Below are positions 19,419-28,627 of a stretch of DNA of 64,000 bases, piece after piece. Under the pieces are notes generated by a model. That model was given only the letters and a program-made list of their open reading frames with translations, was not told the DNA's origin and searched no databases. A program made the translations under genes and the position numbers. Position 1 is the first letter of the stretch; each line of letters opens with the position of its first letter. The DNA lies in IMG/VR virus record IMGVR_UViG_3300032268_000986, positions 124,001 through 188,000 of that record. One strand, 5' to 3'.

Positions 19419-19495
19419 TGTTCTCCGTTTATGGCCGGTAAGCCGTGATTCATGTTCCTTACGGGAACGACTCGCTGTTGTAAACAGTATTTATA
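19419..19495 (-). promoter_or_regulatory. TATAAATA late-type promoter and multi-hairpin leader of DNA polymerase
   Basis: TATAAATA at 19495-19488; hairpins CUGUU/AACAG, GUUCC/GGAAC and CGG/CCG; GGAGA RBS. Confidence 0.6.
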
Positions 19496-19751
19496 GGGTC
19501 TTGCCCACGGTCTCAAGGATAGTTTCCAATAACTCATGATCTTGTTTGGCTTTGCCAAACTCGGCCTTGTGTGCCAGTTTGATGGCTTTCTTCAACACCG
19601 CAGGTTTGATTTCCAGCTCTTCTGCAATGGCCTTGATGGTGTCGTTTAATCCACCCTGCAAGGTTTCAATTTCTTGGGTAACTTGCATGCCCTCATTGAT
19701 GATTTGAGTGAGCTTGATCTTTTGATCGCCGTTGAAAGTTTTGGTTTCCAT
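19491..19751 (-). CDS. Small dsDNA-binding protein, T4 DsbA/GapR-like
   Basis: 86-aa helical protein with IKAIAEELEIKPAVLKKAIKLAHK pattern typical of this family. Confidence 0.6.
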   Translation of the reverse strand: METKTFNGDQKIKLTQIINEGMQVTQEIETLQGGLNDTIKAIAEELEIKPAVLKKAIKLAHKAEFGKAKQDHELLETILETVGKTL

Positions 19752-19771
19752 GATCTCTCCGTTAAAAAATT

Positions 19772-19800
19772 AGTATAACACAATTGTCAACGTTTTGCAA
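19772..19800 (-). promoter_or_regulatory. Sigma70-type promoter
   Basis: TTGCAA-17 bp-TATACT with TG extension, upstream of the GGAGAG RBS of 19751. Confidence 0.65.
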
Positions 19801-20596
19801 TTTGATGTTGCTCAAACTGACGACGCTGTTGCAATAACCATTCTGTTGTATTGGTCACACGGGTACGTTCTTGCCACTCTTGCCACATCACTTGTTGAAA
19901 CGGCTCAGTACTGTGTGCAAGGTTAACAATGTTTTCTAGCCCCAGTCTGCCTGCACCGCCTAGTCCATAGTTGATGTGAATACTTTCTCGAATCCGTCCA
20001 GGTGGTACTGGCAAAGTTTTGTGGACTTTTGGGTATCGATTGTCATTGATGTAGCCCCAGTTTGATTTAAACGGCACTGTGAAATACTGATCTTCTGGTA
20101 TGTCCAGATCAATCCGGTGTGAATCAAACATGGTAAAACAATGTTGATTGATTTCAGAATTCAAACAGAATTGTGTTCCCATGGCCGGCTCGTCAAAGTC
20201 TATCATGTACAACTGCACATTGACCAAGAATTCTGAGCTGTCAAAGTGTTTGAAGAAAAAACTGTTGCTGAAATCTTTGTAGCCACGCACTGAAGCAATG
20301 GCCAACTCACAACCAGTCAATTGGTTTAGCTTGGGAATCAAACTGCCCCCAAAATTGATAGCGTTGACCCAATTTTCAGATTCGCACACCAATCGATTGC
20401 CGTACCGGCTGCTCCACAAACTTTCAGTGCATCGCATTTCGCGACAGAGAACATCAAAGTATTCTGGAGACAAGAAATCTTGCAGCACCCAAAGGCTGGG
20501 AGAAACTTGCGTTTTGTTTTCCCAGTTGTACCGGGGTTCCACAATATCAGTAGCGGTAGAGATCACTCTTGAAAGGTCCGTTGCGGGCAATGCCAA
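19787..20596 (-). CDS. 2OG-Fe(II) oxygenase-like protein (start uncertain, possibly GTG 20542)
   Basis: KHFD (HxD), distal H in PKVHK, RES (RxS) in beta-strand context. Confidence 0.6.
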   Translation of the reverse strand: MALPATDLSRVISTATDIVEPRYNWENKTQVSPSLWVLQDFLSPEYFDVLCREMRCTESLWSSRYGNRLVCESENWVNAINFGGSLIPKLNQLTGCELAIASVRGYKDFSNSFFFKHFDSSEFLVNVQLYMIDFDEPAMGTQFCLNSEINQHCFTMFDSHRIDLDIPEDQYFTVPFKSNWGYINDNRYPKVHKTLPVPPGRIRESIHINYGLGGAGRLGLENIVNLAHSTEPFQQVMWQEWQERTRVTNTTEWLLQQRRQFEQHQIAKR

Positions 20597-21848
20597 TGTA
20601 GCTGGCCTGACGATCAGTCAACATGGTCAATTGCACACCCAGTTGGTCCAGATGCAGTCTAGCAACTTCTTCGTCGATGTGCTTGGGCAACAGATGCACT
20701 TGGCCTGAAACATAGTCAGCGGTGCGATTGAACATTTCAATCTGAGCCAAGACCTGATTGGTAAAACTATTGCTCATGACAAAACTAGGATGCCCGGTAG
20801 CACAGCCCAAATTTACCAAGCGACCTTCGGCCAAGAGTATGATCTTGCGGCCATTGGGCATGTGAATCAAATCCACTTGAGGTTTGATGTTTTCCCAGCG
20901 ATATGGTTTGAGGCTGGCCACATCAATTTCAGTATCAAAGTGACCAATGTTGCACACAATGGCATTGTTTTTCATGGCATGCATGTGTTCGAACTTGATC
21001 ACATCCACGTTGCCTGTGGCAGTTACAAAGATGTCTGCTTTGTCGGCAGCATATTCCATTGTGACCACACGATAGCCTTCCATGGCAGCTTGCAGGGCAC
21101 AGATGGGATCAACTTCAGTGACCCAGACCTGGGCACTGAGAGCCTTCAAGGCCTGAGCTGAACCTTTGCCCACATCACCATAGCCGGCTACCACAGCCAC
21201 CTTACCGGCAATCATGAAATCGGTTGCACGTTTGATGGCATCCACAAGGCTTTCACGACAACCATAGAGATTGTCAAACTTGGTCTTGGTCACAGAATCG
21301 TTCACATTGATTGCTGGAATTTTCAGTGTGCCTGCTGCCACACGTTCTAGTAGTTTGTGAACACCAGTGGTGGTTTCCTCTGTCACTCCAAGAATACCAG
21401 GCAACAAATCAGGACGACGATCATGCACATAAGCAGTAAGGTCATGTCCGTCATCCAGCAGCATGTTGGGCTGCCAGTTGTTGGGACCTTGCAGTGTTTG
21501 CTCAATGCACCACCAGTATTCTTCTTCAGTCTCGCCTTTCCAGGCAAACACCGGAATGCCATTAACAGCCAGTGCTGCCGCGGCATGATCTTGTGTGGAA
21601 AAGATATTACATGAGCTCCAGCGTACTTCAGCACCCAGAGCAATCAAGGTTTCAATCAGTACAGCAGTTTGGATTGTCATGTGCAGGCTACCGGCAATGC
21701 GAGCACCTTTTAGTGGTTGTTCGCCGCGATAACGTTCACGTATTGCCATCAAGCCAGGCATTTCACCTTCGGCAATGACAATTTCTCTTTGGCCCCATTC
21801 GGCCAGGCCAATGTCGGCCACTCGGTAGTCTTGGGTTTGTGTGTTCAT
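20547..21848 (-). CDS. ahcY: S-adenosylhomocysteine hydrolase
   Basis: [68 protein letters not shown]. Confidence 0.98.
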   Translation of the reverse strand: MNTQTQDYRVADIGLAEWGQREIVIAEGEMPGLMAIRERYRGEQPLKGARIAGSLHMTIQTAVLIETLIALGAEVRWSSCNIFSTQDHAAAALAVNGIPVFAWKGETEEEYWWCIEQTLQGPNNWQPNMLLDDGHDLTAYVHDRRPDLLPGILGVTEETTTGVHKLLERVAAGTLKIPAINVNDSVTKTKFDNLYGCRESLVDAIKRATDFMIAGKVAVVAGYGDVGKGSAQALKALSAQVWVTEVDPICALQAAMEGYRVVTMEYAADKADIFVTATGNVDVIKFEHMHAMKNNAIVCNIGHFDTEIDVASLKPYRWENIKPQVDLIHMPNGRKIILLAEGRLVNLGCATGHPSFVMSNSFTNQVLAQIEMFNRTADYVSGQVHLLPKHIDEEVARLHLDQLGVQLTMLTDRQASYIGIARNGPFKSDLYRY

Positions 21849-21853
21849 AGACT

Positions 21854-21883
21854 ATTATATATGTTTCTACAAACACCATGCAA
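21854..21883 (-). promoter_or_regulatory. Sigma70-type promoter giving a near-leaderless ahcY mRNA
   Basis: TTGCAT-18 bp-TATAAT, ATG only 5 nt after the -10 box, no SD. Confidence 0.55.
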
Positions 21884-21886
21884 GGA

Positions 21887-22291
21887 TTATTTTTGGAAAT
21901 ATCCCCAGATCAAGAACCAAGCAATAACTGGGCCAAGATACAGCATCTGATATTGATGTCCGGTTCGGGCAAACAACTCGTCTCGTGTACATGCTCTACA
22001 GGTCCAGTTGTCAAACCACCAACCATCAGCTTCGCCAACCACATGATACCCATTGGTGGATTTTACCCGATGCAACCGATAGCGATGCAGAATCAACACG
22101 TTCCAGATAAAAGACCATATGTTGCTGCCGCACAGTAACCACAGCACGGTGATGCTGTAGTCATCGCAGTCACCGCGCAGCTGACCATCTTTCTCCTGCA
22201 TCACAAACCAGTAGTCGGTGAAGAAGCTCCTGGGATCACTTTGATAGTGAAACTTTTGATTCACTGTGTCAATTGCGTGTTCAAGTTGCAT
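21887..22291 (-). CDS. Transglutaminase-like cysteine peptidase family protein
   Basis: GDCDDYS...GYHVV...WFDN gives a Cys-His-Asp triad. Confidence 0.6.
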   Translation of the reverse strand: MQLEHAIDTVNQKFHYQSDPRSFFTDYWFVMQEKDGQLRGDCDDYSITVLWLLCGSNIWSFIWNVLILHRYRLHRVKSTNGYHVVGEADGWWFDNWTCRACTRDELFARTGHQYQMLYLGPVIAWFLIWGYFQK

Positions 22292-22303
22292 GATGTTGTT
22301 TGA

Positions 22304-22402
22304 TAGTGCTCACTTCCGGGATTCTGAGTAGCGAATTCAGCCGTCCCGCGCCAGCAGCCTGCGCACACTAGTGGTAACAAGTACCAGTCCTAAGGTGTGT
22401 TC
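22304..22402 (-). ncRNA. Candidate structured RNA (three hairpins plus pseudoknot), family unknown
   Basis: Fully intergenic; stems CACAC..UAG/CUA..GUGUG, UGGUA/UACCA, GCGCAG/CUGGCGC, GGGA/UCCC, CUGA/UCAG; loop UUCGCU complementary to downstream AGUGAG. Confidence 0.55.
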
Positions 22403-22404
22403 TT

Positions 22405-23307
22405 TTAAACCATGCGGCGCTTGATGGCACCTACCAAGGTAATTTGTTCCAACAAGGCCTTGCGGAAGTTGCGTTGAGCTTCGGTCATCTTGGCAGGGAA
22501 CTGCGCATTCACAAATGTCTTGACTCCGTTGAAGTCTTTTGCTGTTTTTGCTCGACGTACCATGTCAACGACTTTTTTCATCGCTTGTGGGCTAAATGCA
22601 GGACGTTGTGATGTCTGCGCGGTAGGCGCAGTCCAAGTTTTGTTGGCAGTCTTTTCTCGGGCAGCACGTTTGCGAATGGCATTGGGAGTCATGCTGACTT
22701 TACCGGCGACCTTGCCACCAGTTCGTTGTTTGACCGGTGTTGTGGCAGCGGCAGTAGTAGTTGCGGCAGTTTTGAGATTGGGGTTGTTGGGGTTAGAGGT
22801 ATGGCGAACTACTCCGCTGCCCACGCCCGAAACTCCTGTGGTAGTACCACCAGTGCTAGACGTAGTGGGTCTTGACGCCAACTGACTTGCCATGTTGCCA
22901 AATACACCTGCACCAGCACCTGGCTCCACAGTAGAAGTTGCAGCAGGCGCAGCAACTGAAGTAGCCCTGGTGGTAAATGCCGGGGTTGACATGTTTGGCA
23001 TGTTACTGGTTGGAACATTGTATGTTGTTGACTTGTACCCAGTAGTGGCTGCCGGTGCGCGGTTCAAGGGACGAATACCTTTGTTGGGAGTCTTGGGCAA
23101 ATACGGGGTGTTGGCAGATCCATCGGCCTTGGTCGTATCGGCCTTGGTCGTATCAGCCTTGGCTGTATCATTCCAGGTTGGTTCAACACGACCGTATGCA
23201 TCTGCACCATCGGCAAAATCATCACTGGTGTACAATTTTTTGGTGCGAGGATTGATTGACGCAGTCTGTGTGGTAATGGCTTCGTTGAATAATTCTGAAA
23301 CAATCAT
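22405..23307 (-). CDS. Low-complexity Thr/Ala-rich basic protein, putative internal head protein
   Basis: N-terminus MIVSELFNE resembles a capsid-targeting motif; largely disordered composition. Confidence 0.7.
   Translation of the reverse strand: MIVSELFNEAITTQTASINPRTKKLYTSDDFADGADAYGRVEPTWNDTAKADTTKADTTKADGSANTPYLPKTPNKGIRPLNRAPAATTGYKSTTYNVPTSNMPNMSTPAFTTRATSVAAPAATSTVEPGAGAGVFGNMASQLASRPTTSSTGGTTTGVSGVGSGVVRHTSNPNNPNLKTAATTTAAATTPVKQRTGGKVAGKVSMTPNAIRKRAAREKTANKTWTAPTAQTSQRPAFSPQAMKKVVDMVRRAKTAKDFNGVKTFVNAQFPAKMTEAQRNFRKALLEQITLVGAIKRRMV
23122..23166. repeat. 15-bp tandem repeat x3 (encodes KADTT-like units)
   Basis: atcggccttggtcgt atcggccttggtcgt atcagccttggctgt. Confidence 0.9.
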
Positions 23308-23308
23308 G

Positions 23309-24064
23309 TTATTTTTCTTCCAGGTAATCTTGGTTTTGTTGTTCTGGCTGTTGACGGCGCTGGAACAACTTTACAGCCATGTCGGCATGTGATAATTTGG
23401 GAAATCGTGTGGGCAGTTGACGTTGGCCATGACGAATTTCAAATCCTTGATCCTCATTGCCCCAGCACTCAAGCACTGTGCCATCTTCCATGGCATAGGT
23501 TTTGACCGGCTGCTGTGCAGCCACGACTGAGGTGGCCACTTGATCTTCAACATCATGTGCAACTTCACTGTCCATGGCAGAACCTTCTTCAGAGTCCCAG
23601 CCTTCTTCTACATCCTCTTCGGCTTGTTTCTGTTTCACAGCCGACTTGGCTTTGTCAATCAAATCACGGTCAACCCGAGCTTTCTTGGCCAGTTTATCTA
23701 GTTCAGGAGTTGAACGTTCACGACGGCCATCATCTCGATGGCTTATGGAATCTTCCAAACTATCCAAGTATGCATTGAGATCTTTCTTGACCTTGCTCAG
23801 CATGTCTTCTTCAACTTCTTGCATGGCTTCTTCGAGGCTGGACTTCTTGGGCTCCACTGAGTCGCCTACCATGTAACCGGCCATGGGATGTTTTTGATAG
23901 GGCTTCTTGGTCAATGTGGTAGAAATGTTCTTGGGCTTGAACAATGCCGGCAACTGAGGCACATCTCGTTGCTGTTGATTGAGTCCGTGCTTGACCGACA
24001 CCGGGGTAGTCTTACCCTCAATCAAGGCCAATCTCTCAATTATCTTGTAGATTGGATCACTCAT
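23309..24064 (-). CDS. Hypothetical protein (acidic/charged)
   Basis: Start MSDPIYK overlaps the dps stop (ATGA); contains LIE/LEE sites. Confidence 0.75.
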   Translation of the reverse strand: MSDPIYKIIERLALIEGKTTPVSVKHGLNQQQRDVPQLPALFKPKNISTTLTKKPYQKHPMAGYMVGDSVEPKKSSLEEAMQEVEEDMLSKVKKDLNAYLDSLEDSISHRDDGRRERSTPELDKLAKKARVDRDLIDKAKSAVKQKQAEEDVEEGWDSEEGSAMDSEVAHDVEDQVATSVVAAQQPVKTYAMEDGTVLECWGNEDQGFEIRHGQRQLPTRFPKLSHADMAVKLFQRRQQPEQQNQDYLEEK

Positions 24065-24501
24065 GCTCTGGCGTCTTTCAAATAACTGCGCAGTTGCCAA
24101 TGATATTTTCCGTGTTGACTCAGGCGCTGACTCACAAAGTCTGCAATGCCTTGTTGATTTTCTTGTTCAGCGTCAGCAAAGCATTGATTTAAAATTTCAA
24201 TCATCTGTTGATTGTTGGCCAGCAGTTCTTCCAGCATGAGCCTGGCACGAGGTATCTTGGTTTGTCCAGATATCTTTGTCAATTCGGCAAAACGTTCAAA
24301 ACTTCCTGGAGCATATTCATCTAGGTATCTGATGTATTCTGCGGTGGGGTCTATGGCCGAATAGGCATCTTCATAGATATTTTGAAAAAACTCATGCAAT
24401 TCACCAAAGTCAGGTCCTTCCACATTCCAATGGAACTGCTGAGCCTTTAGGTAATAGGCAAAATTACTTGCCAGGAGAGTTTTTAAAGTGTCCGCTAACA
24501 T
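24061..24501 (-). CDS. dps: Dps/ferritin-like DNA protection protein
   Basis: KAQQFHWNVEGPDFGELHEFF, D..AEYIR, HGKYHWQLRS ferroxidase-centre motifs. Confidence 0.92.
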   Translation of the reverse strand: MLADTLKTLLASNFAYYLKAQQFHWNVEGPDFGELHEFFQNIYEDAYSAIDPTAEYIRYLDEYAPGSFERFAELTKISGQTKIPRARLMLEELLANNQQMIEILNQCFADAEQENQQGIADFVSQRLSQHGKYHWQLRSYLKDARA

Positions 24502-24664
24502 TCTTGTTCCTTTTGTATTCCCGAGGCGTATTAGGCGTAGGATCAGTTGTATATTTACCATTTAGTAGAGAACCGCCTGATCTTGATACCATGCCCATGG
24601 GTTGTGCCACAGTGGCAATTGATCCTGAAGTAGTAGTCTCTGTCACAATGTCATGTACTTTCAT
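24464..24664 (-). CDS. Small hypothetical protein, putative internal head protein
   Basis: Starts MKVHDIVTE, a capsid-targeting-like motif. Confidence 0.65.
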   Translation of the reverse strand: MKVHDIVTETTTSGSIATVAQPMGMVSRSGGSLLNGKYTTDPTPNTPREYKRNKNVSGHFKNSPGK

Positions 24665-24950
24665 GCCATATCTCCACAATGTTATCATTGACAATACGAC
24701 CTGGGCCATGATCTACGCGAATATTTCGTATTTTTAATCGAGCACCAACATCGTCAACAAACTCAAATCGAATGGGATATTGTCCTGGCACGGCCTCAAT
24801 TTGAAGATTCTCTTCAAGATACATGCCCTGCCAGATCCAGGTGCGTTCGGCAAACAGTTCGTCATTGACATAACATCGATATGTTGGCTCAACTTCATAC
24901 CACTTGCAGTAGACGTCACAGATTACTCGGACATAATTGCGCTTGTTCAT
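24651..24950 (-). CDS. Hypothetical protein
   Basis: 99-aa ORF downstream of TAAATA at 24961-24956. Confidence 0.7.
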   Translation of the reverse strand: MNKRNYVRVICDVYCKWYEVEPTYRCYVNDELFAERTWIWQGMYLEENLQIEAVPGQYPIRFEFVDDVGARLKIRNIRVDHGPGRIVNDNIVEIWHEST

Positions 24951-24955
24951 AAGAA

Positions 24956-24984
24956 TATTTAGCCAAAATCTACGTCTATAAATA
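24956..24984. promoter_or_regulatory. Divergent pair of late-promoter motifs
   Basis: TAAATA on - (24961-24956) and TATAAATA on + (24977-24984) between divergent genes. Confidence 0.65.
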
Positions 24985-24991
24985 TCTCTAT

Positions 24992-26035
24992 ATGATCAAG
25001 TTCAATCAAATCACACGAGTACAGGTTGAGTTAACCACACGATGCAATGCTCGGTGTCCCATGTGTCCACGAAACTATCGTGGGTCAGACTACAACAGCG
25101 GATATCCCGTGACAGAGTTGTTGCTAGAAGATTTTAAAAAGATTTTTACTCCAAAGTTTTTACAACAATTGCGAGAACCTGCGGCTCCTCAGGATGGATT
25201 CAAGCATCGGTCATTCAAGTTCTACGGAGTGATGTTCAATGGAAATCTAGGTGACTTTGGCCTGGCTCGGGACGGAGTAGAAATTGTAGAATATCTTGTG
25301 GCACACAATGTACGTGTGATGATTAACACAAATGGCAGCATGCGAACTCCTGCTTGGTGGAGCCGCTTGGCCTTGCCCGGAGTAGAGATTGGGTTTGCCC
25401 TAGATGGGCTTGCTGACACCCATGGTCTGTATCGTCAAGACACTGACTGGAATCGTGTGATAGAAAACGCCCAAGCATTTATTGCAGCCGGTGGTCAAGC
25501 AGTGTGGAGATTTATTCCGTTTGATCATAACCGACATCAAGAACAACAGTGTCGTGACCTGGCCCAAGAATACGGCTTTGTTAAATTTGAAAACATATAT
25601 GATGGTAGAGACACCGGACCAGTGTTTACACGATCAGGTGAATTCAGTCACCAAATTGGGCATGATCCTTCGGGGGTGACTCCCACACTACAGCCCTTGC
25701 TGGAAAGTCATCAATCATGGTTCAATCACAAGACCATACGCATTGCCAAGGACAAACCTGACCTTGAATTGACCTGCATACACAAGGTCAATGAAGAAAT
25801 ATACGTGGCAGCAGATGGCACTGTGTACCCTTGTTGTTTCTTGGGATTTTATCCCACACAAATGCATCATCCCGGCAACGAACAAGTAAAAAACATTGTG
25901 CAGGAAAACTCAGCACTGAAGCATGGACTGGAACATGCCATGGCCTGGTTTGAACGTGTAGAACAATCTTGGAGTCATGGCAGCATTGCTGAAGGCAGAC
26001 TCTATAATTGTGTGAACAGTTGTGGAAAAATATGA
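24992..26035 (+). CDS. Radical SAM protein with SPASM/twitch-like domain
   Basis: [27 protein letters not shown]; paralog of 8625..9470. Confidence 0.87.
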   Translation: MIKFNQITRVQVELTTRCNARCPMCPRNYRGSDYNSGYPVTELLLEDFKKIFTPKFLQQLREPAAPQDGFKHRSFKFYGVMFNGNLGDFGLARDGVEIVEYLVAHNVRVMINTNGSMRTPAWWSRLALPGVEIGFALDGLADTHGLYRQDTDWNRVIENAQAFIAAGGQAVWRFIPFDHNRHQEQQCRDLAQEYGFVKFENIYDGRDTGPVFTRSGEFSHQIGHDPSGVTPTLQPLLESHQSWFNHKTIRIAKDKPDLELTCIHKVNEEIYVAADGTVYPCCFLGFYPTQMHHPGNEQVKNIVQENSALKHGLEHAMAWFERVEQSWSHGSIAEGRLYNCVNSCGKI

Positions 26036-26655
26036 ACTCAGACTTACAAAAATTATTTACTAGATTTTACAATCCAAAAGACCAAGAACCAGAACCCACG
26101 CGAGGGCCCAGCAGCATAGAAGGGACCAAAAAGATTTGTGATGAGCTGTGGCCATTGTTTGAACGGCACGGCATTTGCAGTATGTTTGACGCTGGATGTA
26201 ATGACTGTGTCTGGGCACAAGCAATTGATGCTAGGATTATCTACAGCGGCGGGGATATCAGTGCCGAGATCATTGCCGAAGCACAACGTTGTTACCCCCA
26301 TCTAAACGTCCAGGTGTTTGACATCACAACTGATCCAATTCCTGCAGTGGATGTGCTGTTCATGCGTGATGTTGCAATTCATCTTTGCAATGCAGACAAA
26401 CTTAAGATGTTACAAAACTGGCTTGACAGCGAAATTCCCTGGCTGTTGACCACGACAGAACCTGCGCACCCAGAAAATTTAGAAATTGAATACAACGCTG
26501 ATGGTTTCCCTTGGGCAGGAATAAATTGGCAGCTGCCACCATGGAACTTTCCCGAACCTAGAGACTGCATTGTCGAACAATCACATGAAAGCCGAAGACT
26601 GGCACTATGGCACCGAGATCAACTCAAGGACCTGATATGGCAGTTGCCCGAGTAA
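26032..26655 (+). CDS. Class I methyltransferase-like protein
   Basis: [32 protein letters not shown]. Confidence 0.7.
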   Translation: MNSDLQKLFTRFYNPKDQEPEPTRGPSSIEGTKKICDELWPLFERHGICSMFDAGCNDCVWAQAIDARIIYSGGDISAEIIAEAQRCYPHLNVQVFDITTDPIPAVDVLFMRDVAIHLCNADKLKMLQNWLDSEIPWLLTTTEPAHPENLEIEYNADGFPWAGINWQLPPWNFPEPRDCIVEQSHESRRLALWHRDQLKDLIWQLPE

Positions 26656-27515
26656 TGTTCCTGGCCAAGTATCGTGTGCCACATGCGTGTTTTAGTTTGC
26701 AGTGGGATCAACACATTCTAGGCATAGACAAAACCATTGTTGCCAGTCCAGTACCCCGAGATGAACTGTGGCGTGCGTTTGACTCTTACAACATTGATAC
26801 TTCTCGGTTTGAATATGTCAATGATGACATCATTTATCGGCTGTATCCCGAAGTCAACAACTGGGTATTTGAAAATGACTATCGTATATGGTGGCTGCGC
26901 CAACAAGCAATCAAATTAAGTTACATTGATTATCTTGGCGAAGATGTGATGTTGATGTATGATCCTGACACATTCATGATTGAAGATTACCGTTGTTACA
27001 ATCCTGACACTGACACATTGAATTTTATGGCCTTGTTGAATACCACTCAAGGCAGTTACAACCGTGTGTTTGAGTGCATCACTGGTTTGAACAAAGTAAC
27101 TCCGCATTGCTTTGTAACCGAACTGGTGCCAGTGCGCCGCACCGACTGGTTGGCTCTTAGAGAACACCTTGCTCGGCGTTGGCCAGGCAAACACTGGTTG
27201 GATGCCATAATTGATCCTGTGCCAGGTTGGCCTGCTGTGCCGCCTTGGCACTTTGAAGGGCATATTAAGTGGTTTTCTGAGTACGAGTTTGTGGGCAATT
27301 GGGCAGCACGCCGAGGCAACGTCACCTATCAGGCACAACGCAGATTTGAATACGATGAGTTAGACAAGTTGGTTCAACTGGATCCCGCACAACATAATGC
27401 TGTGTGCGATGCTATGACCGACCTATCACGCAGCATGATCATGGACTGGGATACCTATACTATTCACAATTTTGATCGATATCGCAACATGGTCTTGGAG
27501 GCCTTGGCAAAATGA
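26637..27515 (+). CDS. GT-A-like protein (DUF6492-like)
   Basis: WLRQQAIKL, YDPDTF (DxD); paralog of 29985..30806. Confidence 0.55.
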   Translation: MAVARVMFLAKYRVPHACFSLQWDQHILGIDKTIVASPVPRDELWRAFDSYNIDTSRFEYVNDDIIYRLYPEVNNWVFENDYRIWWLRQQAIKLSYIDYLGEDVMLMYDPDTFMIEDYRCYNPDTDTLNFMALLNTTQGSYNRVFECITGLNKVTPHCFVTELVPVRRTDWLALREHLARRWPGKHWLDAIIDPVPGWPAVPPWHFEGHIKWFSEYEFVGNWAARRGNVTYQAQRRFEYDELDKLVQLDPAQHNAVCDAMTDLSRSMIMDWDTYTIHNFDRYRNMVLEALAK

Positions 27516-28627
27516 GATTCTGTTATCCTGTATATGATCCAGTGGGCACAGCATTTGGTGTGCATCGTCAGGCACACTGGGATTGTGATTTGACCACAGA
27601 CCTAGATCTAGTATCACAGCAGCCATTTCGTGTGGCCACAGTGCCAGTATTTTTTAACAGTGAGACATTTTGGCCCGGGATCAACTTATTAAAGATCAAT
27701 CCTGACCTGGCCGCAGTGAGGTTAGATGAATTTGATCTAGTACTGGTTCATGATGTAGAATGTTGCCGTTGGCCAGATGTTGAAGACTGGTTGCAGTCAG
27801 TGGGCATTGTGCGTTATCTATTTGTGGCCAATAATTTAACAGCCACGAGAAATTTGCCCAGTGAGAAATTCTTTTTTAAACCGCATTGGATGATCAAAAC
27901 AGTAGACGACAATCTATCTGTGCCAACCAACCAGTCTGGTGATAAACCATACATGTTTGAAGCCATGATGGGAGCTCGACGGCCGCACCGTGACTACATC
28001 ATGTTGGCCATGACTTGCAGTGGACAACTTGAACATAACATAGTCAACTATCGTGGATTTCCCGGCGGATCTACAGATGTTCACACCGAGGAGTTTCAAA
28101 ACATTTTTCCTGGCACACAGTTGAATTTTCCCTATATCAGTCCCAAGTATGATCCTGCCTGGGAACCAGTCAGCACCGTGCTCAGTAGCAATATCAGTTT
28201 TCCAGTGCCATCGGGAATCTATCAGAAAACACATTATAGCATAGTGCCCGAATCCCAGTACACTGGAGACACATTCTTTGCCACAGAAAAGACCGCCAAG
28301 GTATTGTTGGCACAACGACTGGCAGTGTGGTTTGCTCCTGAAAACTTTTTGCAAAATCTTCGCAGCCTGGGGTTTGAAACGTTTGGAGATGTCATAGACG
28401 AAAGCTATGATCAAGATGACTATCATCGTGATTGGAAACGATTTGAACGTGCCTGGCACACTGTAGAGCACATGGCCAGGTTTGAAGATCCTGTGTTGCT
28501 GTATCAAAAGCTACGCCCAAGACTGGAACACAATCGCAATCACATGCTGACCTTGGAACAACGCACACTGGCAGCTTGGCAACAGCGCCTGCAGGAATTG
28601 ATTCCTGCCGAACACTGGTCAGTTTAA
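27512..28627 (+). CDS. Putative glycosyltransferase-like protein
   Basis: YSIVPES...FATEKTAK...LRSLGFETF resembles the C-terminal motif of GT10-like GT-B proteins. Confidence 0.45.
   Translation: MRFCYPVYDPVGTAFGVHRQAHWDCDLTTDLDLVSQQPFRVATVPVFFNSETFWPGINLLKINPDLAAVRLDEFDLVLVHDVECCRWPDVEDWLQSVGIVRYLFVANNLTATRNLPSEKFFFKPHWMIKTVDDNLSVPTNQSGDKPYMFEAMMGARRPHRDYIMLAMTCSGQLEHNIVNYRGFPGGSTDVHTEEFQNIFPGTQLNFPYISPKYDPAWEPVSTVLSSNISFPVPSGIYQKTHYSIVPESQYTGDTFFATEKTAKVLLAQRLAVWFAPENFLQNLRSLGFETFGDVIDESYDQDDYHRDWKRFERAWHTVEHMARFEDPVLLYQKLRPRLEHNRNHMLTLEQRTLAAWQQRLQELIPAEHWSV

Noticed and set aside
22304-22402. tRNA or SAH riboswitch
   Set aside because: No cloverleaf, TpsiC loop or CCA end; lacks the GAGGAGCGCUGC...GGCGCUC core of SAH riboswitches as I know it. 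Kept only as an unassigned RNA.
22490-23392. Long plus-strand ORFs opposite the Thr/Ala-rich gene
   Set aside because: Expected by-product of low-complexity codon usage on the minus strand; no independent signal.
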